NCBI GenBank assembly: GCA_965224085.1
Contig: CBDCYI010000009.1
Coordinates: 160,001-224,000 of the forward strand
Length of the DNA stretch: 64,000 nucleotides
Source: Candidatus Marinacidobacterales bacterium
GTDB lineage: Bacteria > Acidobacteriota > Vicinamibacteria > Marinacidobacterales > SMYC01
Direction of reading: 5' to 3'
Within the stretch, counting starts at the first letter, position 1, and each line of letters starts with the position of its first letter. Below, piece by piece: positions 28,475 to 36,608 of this stretch. The notes beneath the pieces are model-generated. The model was not told the origin of the DNA. It saw nothing but the letters and a program-made list of their open reading frames with translations, and did not search any database. Position numbers and translations under genes: made by a program.

Positions 28475-30592
28475 CTAGGTCTCGCCAAAGCGACAGACGC
28501 GGTTCCTGCCGAGATTCTTCGCCCGGTAGAGCGCTTGGTCCGCAGCTTCGAGCAGGGTCCCCGCAGTGTGGCTTTGGTCGTGGAACATCGCGAGGCCGAT
28601 GCTGACGGTAACTCCTTTTTTCTCTCCACCCGGATGGATGTTCGCGCGAGCCACGGCGGCGCGGATGCGCTCCGCCGAGTCGAGCGCGTCGGCGGCAGTG
28701 ACTTGCGGTAGCACGACCACGAACTCCTCGCCACCAAACCGCGCCAAGACGTCGGCCTGGCGAAGTCCATCCGAGAGCGTCGTCGCGACTTTCTTCAAGA
28801 CCAGGTCCCCCATCGCGTGACCGTAGGTGTCGTTGAAACTCTTGAAGTGGTCGATGTCGAGCATGAGTAGCGCCAAGTTCGAGTCGGAGCGGATGGCGCG
28901 CGCGAGCTCGCGCTCGAGAGCGCCGTCCAAATAGCGCCGGTTGAAAAGACCCGTGAGTGCGTCGGTCGCGGCGAGATTTTCCACGCGTTCGTAAACGATC
29001 GCGTTCTCAATCGCCACGGCTGCGTGGTTGCAATAGATCCGCAACAAGCGCAGCTCGCGCGCCGTGAACGCGTCGCCGCTTCGTGTCAATAGAAGCGCGC
29101 CGCAAACGCGCTGCAGCGCCCGCAAAGGAACGGCTAGAAAATTGGCCCCCGTGGTCGCCCGCTCTTTGGGATCCAGAATCGGCATGCCTGAGCGCCGTTC
29201 CATGCGTATCGCCAAAGGCTCTTCGCGTGCGCGGAGGACCCAGCCGGCCCAGCTGGGCGACGCGAGAGGGAAAGATTTTCCGAGCATCTCCTTTCTATAG
29301 CCTTCCGCAACGACGACGGAGAACGCTTCGTTGCCTTCTGAGAGAAGGCACACCGCACACGTCTCGAACTTCCCGACCGCGCGCGCGTACTCGACGATGT
29401 GCCTCAGCAAATCCACGACATGAGCCGCGCCCGAAAGCTTTTCACTCGCTCCGAGCAAGCCCTTCAGCTCGAGCTCCTCGACAAAGTGTTGCGCCTGTCG
29501 CCGAAACAGCGCCTGTGCTTCGGACATCTGCGCGGCGATACCTACGGCCAATTCGCGGCGATTCTCGTCGAAGTGTCGGGGGCGTGCGTGCTCGAGCGTG
29601 AGGATCCAAGGCGGCTCGTCCCAGATACGGATTGGGATCGCCAACACCGATGGCACCGGCGCCGCATCACGCCACCAAGGAAGCCGGTGCGGCTTCGTCG
29701 CGGAAGCGAGCGAAACGGGCTCTTCCGTCCGCAACACCGCGGCCAAAAAGCTCCCTTTTAGATCGAAGCGTTTGGATGTGACCTCGCCCGTACCGACGGT
29801 GCTGAGCCGCGCCCAGTAAGACTCTCCTCCCGCAGCTACTTGAAGAAGCGTCGCGGCGCGCGCTTGTGTCGCTTGCGCGACGAGCTGAAGTAGAGGCGCT
29901 AAATAAGAGTCGAGACGTTGCAGTTGCTCGGCGCGCCCCACTCGCTGTCCTTCTTCGCTCAGCGGCGACACGTTGTCTTGCTCGACGTCGCTCCCACTCA
30001 GCTGCTTCAACCCGGTGTCGAGGCGCATGAGGCGGTCCTCAGCTCGTTCCGCCCGTTCGCGCTCGGCCCGCTCCATGTAGTCATAGCCGACGACGGCGAG
30101 AAGGAAGAGCCCAGCGAGGCGCAAGAGATCCACCGGCGAAGCTTCGGCCGCAATGAGCCAGTTCGAGGTCTCTAGACAGAGGACGAGGGCAACAAGAAAG
30201 ACGACGAGCTTGCGCGAGAACGCGAGCGATGAGAGCCCACCGAGCAGAAGGTAGAGACCTTGCCAATACGAGCGCGCGCCGCCGGTGAGCTGGACGACCA
30301 GATTGATACCACAGGTCAAAAACACGAGAAGAGCGAGCTCGTCGAGCTGGCTGTGATGTTTGCTGGCGTAGCGGAAGGTCGCGTAGGTCAGGCCGACAAG
30401 AAGAAGCAAGACGTGCGCGAGGCGGAGCACGTCGTCGCTGCCCATTCCGGGGCCGACCCGGATCGACGCCTCCGGAAGAAAAAGTCCCAAAGAGCTCGTC
30501 AGGATGGCGGCGCCAATCCCTATGGGAACCGCGATTTTGTGGACTCGGCCGGAAGAGACGCCAGTGAGAACTTCCTGCCTTGCGGGTATCAA
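28475..30592 (-). CDS. Membrane-bound GAF-GAF-GGDEF diguanylate cyclase
   Basis: Multiple N-terminal TM helices, two GAF-like domains, TDALTGLFNRR, DIDHFKSFND, I-site RQAD, GGEEF. Confidence 0.93.
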   Translation of the reverse strand: MIPARQEVLTGVSSGRVHKIAVPIGIGAAILTSSLGLFLPEASIRVGPGMGSDDVLRLAHVLLLLVGLTYATFRYASKHHSQLDELALLVFLTCGINLVVQLTGGARSYWQGLYLLLGGLSSLAFSRKLVVFLVALVLCLETSNWLIAAEASPVDLLRLAGLFLLAVVGYDYMERAERERAERAEDRLMRLDTGLKQLSGSDVEQDNVSPLSEEGQRVGRAEQLQRLDSYLAPLLQLVAQATQARAATLLQVAAGGESYWARLSTVGTGEVTSKRFDLKGSFLAAVLRTEEPVSLASATKPHRLPWWRDAAPVPSVLAIPIRIWDEPPWILTLEHARPRHFDENRRELAVGIAAQMSEAQALFRRQAQHFVEELELKGLLGASEKLSGAAHVVDLLRHIVEYARAVGKFETCAVCLLSEGNEAFSVVVAEGYRKEMLGKSFPLASPSWAGWVLRAREEPLAIRMERRSGMPILDPKERATTGANFLAVPLRALQRVCGALLLTRSGDAFTARELRLLRIYCNHAAVAIENAIVYERVENLAATDALTGLFNRRYLDGALERELARAIRSDSNLALLMLDIDHFKSFNDTYGHAMGDLVLKKVATTLSDGLRQADVLARFGGEEFVVVLPQVTAADALDSAERIRAAVARANIHPGGEKKGVTVSIGLAMFHDQSHTAGTLLEAADQALYRAKNLGRNRVCRFGET

Positions 30593-31311
30593 TCGAGGAC
30601 TCCAGCTACCTCCTCACATACACGTAGCGCGCGCGACATGGCCGTCGAAAAACGCGACACGAGTGGGGCGGTGTCGAACACGATGGCGCGCTCCACGTCG
30701 GAGCGCAGGGCTTCCGTCTCGTCGAGGCGCAAGCTCACCGGGGGGTAGCCCGCGGAGCACGCGAAGAAGCTGAGCAGAAGATGTGCGGTACGAAAATTGC
30801 CTCTTTCGAAAGGGGCGATCTCGACGAAACGTGCAAACCAGAGCGCCATTCGCTGGGCTGGAAACATCTGCCGGCCGCTTTCGGCCGAGAGCCAATCGAG
30901 CAAATTGTCGAGTTTGACACCGATGAAGCGCGGCGGAGTCGGCCGCGCGTTGTGAAATTGCGGCTTGGTATCCGAAGCTCGAAATCGGCCGTCCGCACCC
31001 GGATTCGCCAGCTGGTGCACTCTGCGGATGAGCTCGACGTCCGGCTCGTCGCGCTCTTCGGCGGATTTTTCGATTACCGCGAGGGCTTCGAGTTGGGCGC
31101 GTACGGTCTCGTTCTCCTCGTGCTCGTGGGCGCGGTCACGCTCAATCGCTACCCCTGTCAGAAGAAGCGTTTCCACCGCGAGCTCCAGGCGCAGAGCGTG
31201 CAGCGCTCGCAAGGCGCCCGTGTCGCTCGCCGCCGTCAATCGGTTCAGACGCCGCTCGAGGGCATAACCCGGCGCCTCCCGCTTGAGGGGATAGATCGGT
31301 AGCTCCGGCAT
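30589..31311 (-). CDS. Fic/Doc-fold protein with a degenerate active site
   Basis: LIRRVHQL..GRFR..LDNLLDWL..FVEIAPFERGNFRTAH, compared with canonical HPFxDGNGRxxR. Confidence 0.8.
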   Translation of the reverse strand: MPELPIYPLKREAPGYALERRLNRLTAASDTGALRALHALRLELAVETLLLTGVAIERDRAHEHEENETVRAQLEALAVIEKSAEERDEPDVELIRRVHQLANPGADGRFRASDTKPQFHNARPTPPRFIGVKLDNLLDWLSAESGRQMFPAQRMALWFARFVEIAPFERGNFRTAHLLLSFFACSAGYPPVSLRLDETEALRSDVERAIVFDTAPLVSRFSTAMSRALRVCEEVAGVLD

Positions 31312-31353
31312 TTTAGTGAACGGTATAATTGTAGCGCGCTTATGGGGTTTGCG

Positions 31354-31743
31354 CTATCCGGCGCTCCGCTGAGCGGGTTCGGTCGGACCAGCCCCTCTCG
31401 TTCCGCGGTCGAGATGGCGCGACATACGCTCCATGACGTGGAGAAGCTCCATTTGCAGCCGCGGGTCACGGGACAGGCGGCGAAACGTACGCAGTAGCCG
31501 ATGATCCTTCGGGTCGAGCATGCCCTCGTCGGGCGGGGGTTCGACGGCGCTCACGAAATAGCCCAAGGGCACTTCGAGCGCGTGTGAGATCTTCAGGAGC
31601 CACTCGAGAGAGATTTTGCGGCGACCGAGCTCGAAATTCGTGAGCGCGCCTTGTGAAATATTGATTTTCTTGGCGAGGTCCTTTTGTTTCATGCCGTGCT
31701 CGAGTCTGACTTTACGAATGCGCTGTCCGATCTTCTTGAACAT
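31354..31743 (-). CDS. XRE family HTH transcriptional regulator
   Basis: IGQRIRKVRLEHGMKQKDLAKKINISQGALTNFELGRRKISL. Confidence 0.9.
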   Translation of the reverse strand: MFKKIGQRIRKVRLEHGMKQKDLAKKINISQGALTNFELGRRKISLEWLLKISHALEVPLGYFVSAVEPPPDEGMLDPKDHRLLRTFRRLSRDPRLQMELLHVMERMSRHLDRGTRGAGPTEPAQRSAG

Positions 31744-31802
31744 ACAGATTTCCCCCATTAAGAACGCATCGGGGGAATCGATGATGTTGAGGGTCAAGGG
31801 TC

Positions 31803-31837
31803 AGACGTATTGTCTACACGCAAGGCCCCGGTGTCAA
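31803..31837 (-). promoter_or_regulatory. Sigma70 promoter of the XRE gene with an overlapping small palindrome
   Basis: TTGACA-17 bp-GACAAT. The inverted repeat AGAC-N5-GTCT overlaps the -10 box. Confidence 0.55.
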
Positions 31838-31864
31838 CCCGAAACATTACGGGGCGAAAAATAG

Positions 31865-32560
31865 CTAATCCCGAAAAAAAAGCTGCAAAAGCTCGGAAAA
31901 ATGATTCAAAACTTTGAGTCTCGCGCCTTCCTGGGAGCGAACGTCCTCATGTTCTAGGGTCCACGTGTTTTCGTGGGGGATGTACACCGCGCCGAGGCCC
32001 ACATCGAGCGCGGGATTGATGTCGGAGCGCGGGCTGTTCCCTATCATCCAGCCCTCATCCGGCACGATGGCGTACCGTTCCAAGAGACGATGGTAGTCTT
32101 CGGCCTTTTTTTCACCGGTGACCTCGACTTCGTGAAAAAAAGCCTCCACGCCGCTGCGCGCCACCTTGTCACGCTGCTCGTGGATCTCCCCTTTCGTGAA
32201 AAGGATGAGCCGATGCCGCTGGCGCAGAAGCGGGAGCGTCTCTTTGACACCTGGCAGGTACTGGATGGGCATGCGCCGCACACGCTCCGCGAGCGAGAGG
32301 ATACGGGCGCGGTCGCAAGAGGAAGCCCGCTTTCCCTCTACTTCCTCGAGAGTATCCAAGAGGGACTGGGAGAAGCCACGGCACCCATAGCCGTGGACTG
32401 GGATATTGCGCTTCTCGATTTGGGTGAGCCGATCGCGTGCCGGCTCGCGCTCCCCTCCGCGCGACTCGACGATGTTGAGAAAACGCTCGGTCGCCGCCTC
32501 GAAATGGATGTTGTTCTCCCAAAGGGTGTCGTCAGCGTCAATGATGAGCGTCGATCTCAA
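31865..32560 (-). CDS. HAD family hydrolase
   Basis: IDADDTLWEN, FTKG, MIGNSPRSDINP. Confidence 0.92.
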   Translation of the reverse strand: MRSTLIIDADDTLWENNIHFEAATERFLNIVESRGGEREPARDRLTQIEKRNIPVHGYGCRGFSQSLLDTLEEVEGKRASSCDRARILSLAERVRRMPIQYLPGVKETLPLLRQRHRLILFTKGEIHEQRDKVARSGVEAFFHEVEVTGEKKAEDYHRLLERYAIVPDEGWMIGNSPRSDINPALDVGLGAVYIPHENTWTLEHEDVRSQEGARLKVLNHFSELLQLFFRD

Positions 32561-32679
32561 GGGACCTCCGAAGCGCAGCCGGAAAGCACAAACCTGCTAA
32601 ACACGCGGAAATGGTACAGCAAATCGGTCGCTCGCTCGTCAACGCCTCGAATGGCGGCCGCACCGCTCATCGCTCATGC

Positions 32680-33768
32680 TTATGTCTCCATCGTCTCTCT
32701 CAGCGCGGCGTAAAGCGTCTCATTCTCTTCGCTCGTCCCAATCGTGACGCGCAACATGTTTTGGAGCCGTGGATGTGCGCTCACGTTTCGAACGAGAACG
32801 CCGCGTTCGAGCAGTCCGTGGAACGTCTTGTCCCCGCCTAACGAAGTACGGAAGAGAAGAAAGTTCGTTTTCGACGGAAACACGTCGATGCCCGGTAGCT
32901 CCTCGAGGCGCGCGCTGAGCGCGTCGCGCGCCGCCGCAATCTCCGCCGCACGCGCGACCACTAAATCGTAGTGAGACAGAGCCGCTAAAACCGCCTCTTG
33001 CGATACCCGGTTCAGCGGATACGGTTGCTGCACTTTGACGATTTGACAACGCAAAGTGGGCTGTAGCAGCACATAGCCAACACGGAGCCCGGCCATGCCG
33101 AGCGCTTTCGAGAACGTGCGGAAGATCAGCAGGTTGTCGAACTCGTCGAGAAGCGCGCGTCCGTTCTCGCCGGCAAACTCCCAATAAGCTTCATCGAGAA
33201 CGACGAGCCCGGGTGCGCACTCCGCGATCCGCCGGATGCCCTCCACCCAAAGAACCGTTCCCGTAGGGTTGTTCGGAGAGCATAAAAAAACGAGATAGGG
33301 CGTGTGCTTAGAGACCGCGTCGACGAAAGCGTCCACGTCGTACGCGAAGCTTTCCGTCAGCGGAACTTCGACCACATCGGCCCCTTGGATCCGGGCCGCT
33401 TGGCCATAGACGAAGAAGCTTGGCGTCGGTGCGAGTGCCGTGCGGCCTGGGTCGAGCACGGCGAGTGCGAGTGTGTTGAGAAGCTCGTCAGAGCCGTTGC
33501 CGACGAGGATGCCGTCCACCGGCCAGTCGAAAGCTTTCGCCAAGGCCGCGCGAATCTCCTTCTGGCCCGGCGTTGGGTAGCGGAAAAGAGGGACTTTCCG
33601 CACCCGCTTTTCAATCTCGGCGAGGATCCGTTCCGGAGGCCCCAGCGTGTTCTCGTTTTGATCCAGCTTCACCGATGACGGATGCGGGTCGAGCCGGTAC
33701 GCAGTGAGCGCGCGCACACGGGGCAGGATCAAAGAGGTGAGGTCGTCTTGCATCGATCTGGTGGTCAT
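32680..33768 (-). CDS. hisC: Histidinol-phosphate aminotransferase
   Basis: KLDQNEN, GNGSDE, SPNNPTG, DEAY, RTFSKALGMAGLRVG. Confidence 0.93.
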   Translation of the reverse strand: MTTRSMQDDLTSLILPRVRALTAYRLDPHPSSVKLDQNENTLGPPERILAEIEKRVRKVPLFRYPTPGQKEIRAALAKAFDWPVDGILVGNGSDELLNTLALAVLDPGRTALAPTPSFFVYGQAARIQGADVVEVPLTESFAYDVDAFVDAVSKHTPYLVFLCSPNNPTGTVLWVEGIRRIAECAPGLVVLDEAYWEFAGENGRALLDEFDNLLIFRTFSKALGMAGLRVGYVLLQPTLRCQIVKVQQPYPLNRVSQEAVLAALSHYDLVVARAAEIAAARDALSARLEELPGIDVFPSKTNFLLFRTSLGGDKTFHGLLERGVLVRNVSAHPRLQNMLRVTIGTSEENETLYAALRETMET

Positions 33769-33878
33769 GTTCGAATCGGATGGCTATCGCGCGCGCATGA
33801 GCTTCGACATATTGCGGCGTCGTCGCGCTTCGCGGCCAAAACGCCTGGCACAACTTCGAGAAGCGTTCGGTCCGTCAC

Positions 33879-36338
33879 TCAGGTCCCCACATATCGCGCG
33901 TACAAGCTGCGTGCAACGGCCGGGTCCTCCGTGCCGTGCACGATTGCGCGGCCGTCTTTGAAGAGCACGATCTCGTGCGCGGCGAGCTTGACACGTAGAA
34001 GATGATCGTTGACTTTCACTTCGCCTAATCCTCGCAGCCGCTCCGCCACGGCGTCGAGCTCCATCGATTGGCTCTTCGAAGGCCGCACCTGAACCGCGTT
34101 GCGGCCGCACAGCGTGACCGCTTGACCGCCTTTTCCGCCAATGAGGAAGCTGAATTCATGCCGACCGCAAGCTGGACATTCTTCCCGTGCTCGTGCGGGG
34201 CGAAACGCATCGACCCGTCCGCGCCACACATCGAGCGAGAGCACTTCGCCGTGGAGCGCATCTTCTCGGCCCGCCAATATCTTGAGCGCTTCCGAGACTT
34301 GGAACCCCGCGACCGCGTGCACGATGGGTGCGATGACTCCCGCGGTATCGCAGGTAGGCGACGTCCCGGGGGCGGGCTCCTCCTCCATGAAACAGCGGAG
34401 ACACGGCGTCCGTCCCGGGATGACGACGAAGCTCATGCCGTAGCTCCCGACGCAAGCCGCATAGATCCAGGGAACGCTGCTTTCGACGGACGCGTCGTTC
34501 AAGAGATAACGCGTCTCGAAGTTGTCGGTGCCGTCGAGCACGAGGTCCGCGCTCTGGAAGAGCGAAGAAACATTTCCCGCGTGCACATCGGCTACGATGG
34601 CCTCCACGCGCACGTTGCTGTTGATGCGTGACAGCTTGCCCGCCGCGGCGACCGCTTTTGGAAGCCCCTGCCGCCAGTCGTCCTCGTCGAAAAGACTCTG
34701 CCGCTGCAAGTTCGATTCGTCGACGTAGTCGCGATCGACGATGCGCACGCTTGCGACACCCGCACGGGTGATCATCTCGGAGGAGACCGAGCCGAGCGCG
34801 CCGACACCGACGACGAGCACCCTTTTTGCGCCGATGTTTCTCTGCCCCTCTTCCCCGATCTCGCTGAACAGGACCTGGCGCGAGTAACGGGAGGCGGCCG
34901 CGTCGCCGCGCGCGCTCGCTTCCATGTCTTCGCGGCTCGGCCGCTCCCCAGTCCAAAGCTCCGCCTGATGGACCGCTTGCGCGGCAAGCATCTCGATACC
35001 CGAAATCGTCGCGGCCCCCGAAGCTCGGGCGTTCGCGATGAGCGGTGTGCGCTCGGGAACCGTCACCATGTCGAAGACGAGAGCGTTGCTCGCGATCTTC
35101 CCGACCGGGAGCGATTCACCGGAGCCTCCGAGCGGCGTGGCGTTGACGAGCAGATCCCAAGTGAGGTCCGGTAGCTCGTCGAGCGCACCGCAGGCTGCGC
35201 CGACACGCTCGGCAAGCTCTTTGGCCCGCGCTTTGTCGCGCGCGAGCACGCGAAGCGCGACCCCGACGTCGCAGAGTGCATAGGCAGCCGCGCGCGCGGC
35301 TCCACCCGCACCGACCAGCACCGCGCTCTTTTGGCTCCAATCGCCTTTTGCGACCAGTGGGGTGAAGACCCCGTCGCGATCCGTGTTGTACCCCGTCCAC
35401 GCGCCGGCCCGCACCACAACGGTGTTGACGGCACCGATTTCCGCGGCGCGTGCATCGACTTCGTCGAGATGAGGCAGGATGGCTTGTTTGAAAGGAAGCG
35501 TGACCGAGAGCCCCGACACCCCGAGCGCTTTTGCGGCGCGCACGAAGTCTTCGAGGCGCTCTTCTTCGAAAGGCACGTACACGGCGTTCTTGCTGACGCG
35601 CTCGAACAACGCATTGTGCATTGCCGGCGAGCGGCTCATGAGCGCCTGCGTTCCCAAGATCCCGTAGATATCGGTGCTCGGTCCGATCGACGGAAATCGA
35701 TAGAGCGTCAACATGTCGTCGAGCGAGACTTGACCCGGTCCGGTCGGTGCAACGCCCCGTGCCGACGCGTAGGTAAAGGCAGCGCCGAGTTTGTTCGCGA
35801 GGATCCTCGCCGCTACGCCGGCGGGTCCCATCGCGACCGGAATGAACGTCGCCTCCTCTTTGTCGAGGCGCTCGCCAAAACGTGCGAGCTCGACAGCTTC
35901 GGCAAGAGACGTGACGCGTGCCGCGATTTTTACGACGTCCGCGCCGAGCTCGAGCGCGCGGTCGATGAGACGCCCGGGCTCTTTGGGAAGCCCGTCGAAG
36001 CTGTGACACGATAGAATGAGCTGCGCACGGCTTTCGGGCGGACGCTCGCGCAGCGCATCGATCTCCATGTCCACGTAGTTGAAGCCTCCGTTTGCCGCGC
36101 GTTCGAGAAGCGCAAGGCGATCGCTCTCGCTACCTTTGTATGCTCCGCCTTCCTTCGCCGAACGGCATGTCAGAACGATTGGGCCGTCAACGTCCTTTCG
36201 AAGGCGCGCGAGGTCCGGACGATCGATCCCGTCGACGCGGAGCTCGATGAGGTCCGCACCTTCGCACCCGCGGCGCGCCAAGCGCACTAGCTCGTCGGTC
36301 GAGCTCGCACTCACGGATGCGATCAGTTTCGTGTTCAA
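33879..36338 (-). CDS. Fusion: type I 3-dehydroquinate dehydratase + shikimate dehydrogenase + ThiF/MoeB adenylyltransferase
   Basis: AroD motifs: ELRVD, SCH, DVVKIA. AroE motifs: SRSPAMHN, VTLPFK, AVNT, NTD, GAGGAAR. ThiF motifs: RYSRQ, GVGALG, SNLQRQ, PCLRC, CPAC. Confidence 0.9.
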   Translation of the reverse strand: MNTKLIASVSASSTDELVRLARRGCEGADLIELRVDGIDRPDLARLRKDVDGPIVLTCRSAKEGGAYKGSESDRLALLERAANGGFNYVDMEIDALRERPPESRAQLILSCHSFDGLPKEPGRLIDRALELGADVVKIAARVTSLAEAVELARFGERLDKEEATFIPVAMGPAGVAARILANKLGAAFTYASARGVAPTGPGQVSLDDMLTLYRFPSIGPSTDIYGILGTQALMSRSPAMHNALFERVSKNAVYVPFEEERLEDFVRAAKALGVSGLSVTLPFKQAILPHLDEVDARAAEIGAVNTVVVRAGAWTGYNTDRDGVFTPLVAKGDWSQKSAVLVGAGGAARAAAYALCDVGVALRVLARDKARAKELAERVGAACGALDELPDLTWDLLVNATPLGGSGESLPVGKIASNALVFDMVTVPERTPLIANARASGAATISGIEMLAAQAVHQAELWTGERPSREDMEASARGDAAASRYSRQVLFSEIGEEGQRNIGAKRVLVVGVGALGSVSSEMITRAGVASVRIVDRDYVDESNLQRQSLFDEDDWRQGLPKAVAAAGKLSRINSNVRVEAIVADVHAGNVSSLFQSADLVLDGTDNFETRYLLNDASVESSVPWIYAACVGSYGMSFVVIPGRTPCLRCFMEEEPAPGTSPTCDTAGVIAPIVHAVAGFQVSEALKILAGREDALHGEVLSLDVWRGRVDAFRPARAREECPACGRHEFSFLIGGKGGQAVTLCGRNAVQVRPSKSQSMELDAVAERLRGLGEVKVNDHLLRVKLAAHEIVLFKDGRAIVHGTEDPAVARSLYARYVGT

Positions 36339-36344
36339 AACGCC

Positions 36345-36507
36345 CCTATCCCCTCGTGGCTCTTAAACGGGATCCATCTTTTCAGGAAGGTGCCGGGTTA
36401 GCCCGCGGAAAGGCCGACTAACCCACGATATCGTGGGCACGGCGAAAGACATGGCTGCTGAGGAGCACAGCGTCGAGGACGCATTCAGTCTTGGCCGTCA
36501 TGACGAG
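36345..36507 (-). promoter_or_regulatory. Structured 5' leader with a 27-codon uORF (attenuator or riboswitch candidate)
   Basis: uORF at 36501-36418. Competing stems CCCACG/CGTGGG and GGGTTAG/CTAACCC, plus GTGCC/GGCAC. Confidence 0.5.
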
Positions 36508-36513
36508 CACAAG

Positions 36514-36543
36514 AGGCTAGCATCGCGCTTCAATCATTGTCAA
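36514..36543 (-). promoter_or_regulatory. Sigma70 promoter for the aroDE-thiF leader
   Basis: TTGACA-18 bp-TAGCCT with a TG extended -10. Confidence 0.55.
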
Positions 36544-36608
36544 GGCGATTGATCCTTTAACCACGTTGAACTAATATAGTTTGTTAGGTTTACAGAGAAT
36601 TCCTTCTG

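Noticed and set aside
36345-36510. Assignment of the leader to SAM-I, SAH, ZTP, TPP, yybP, SRP or 6S RNA
   Set aside because: Only short partial resemblances. The core consensus of each family could not be matched, so it is left unassigned.
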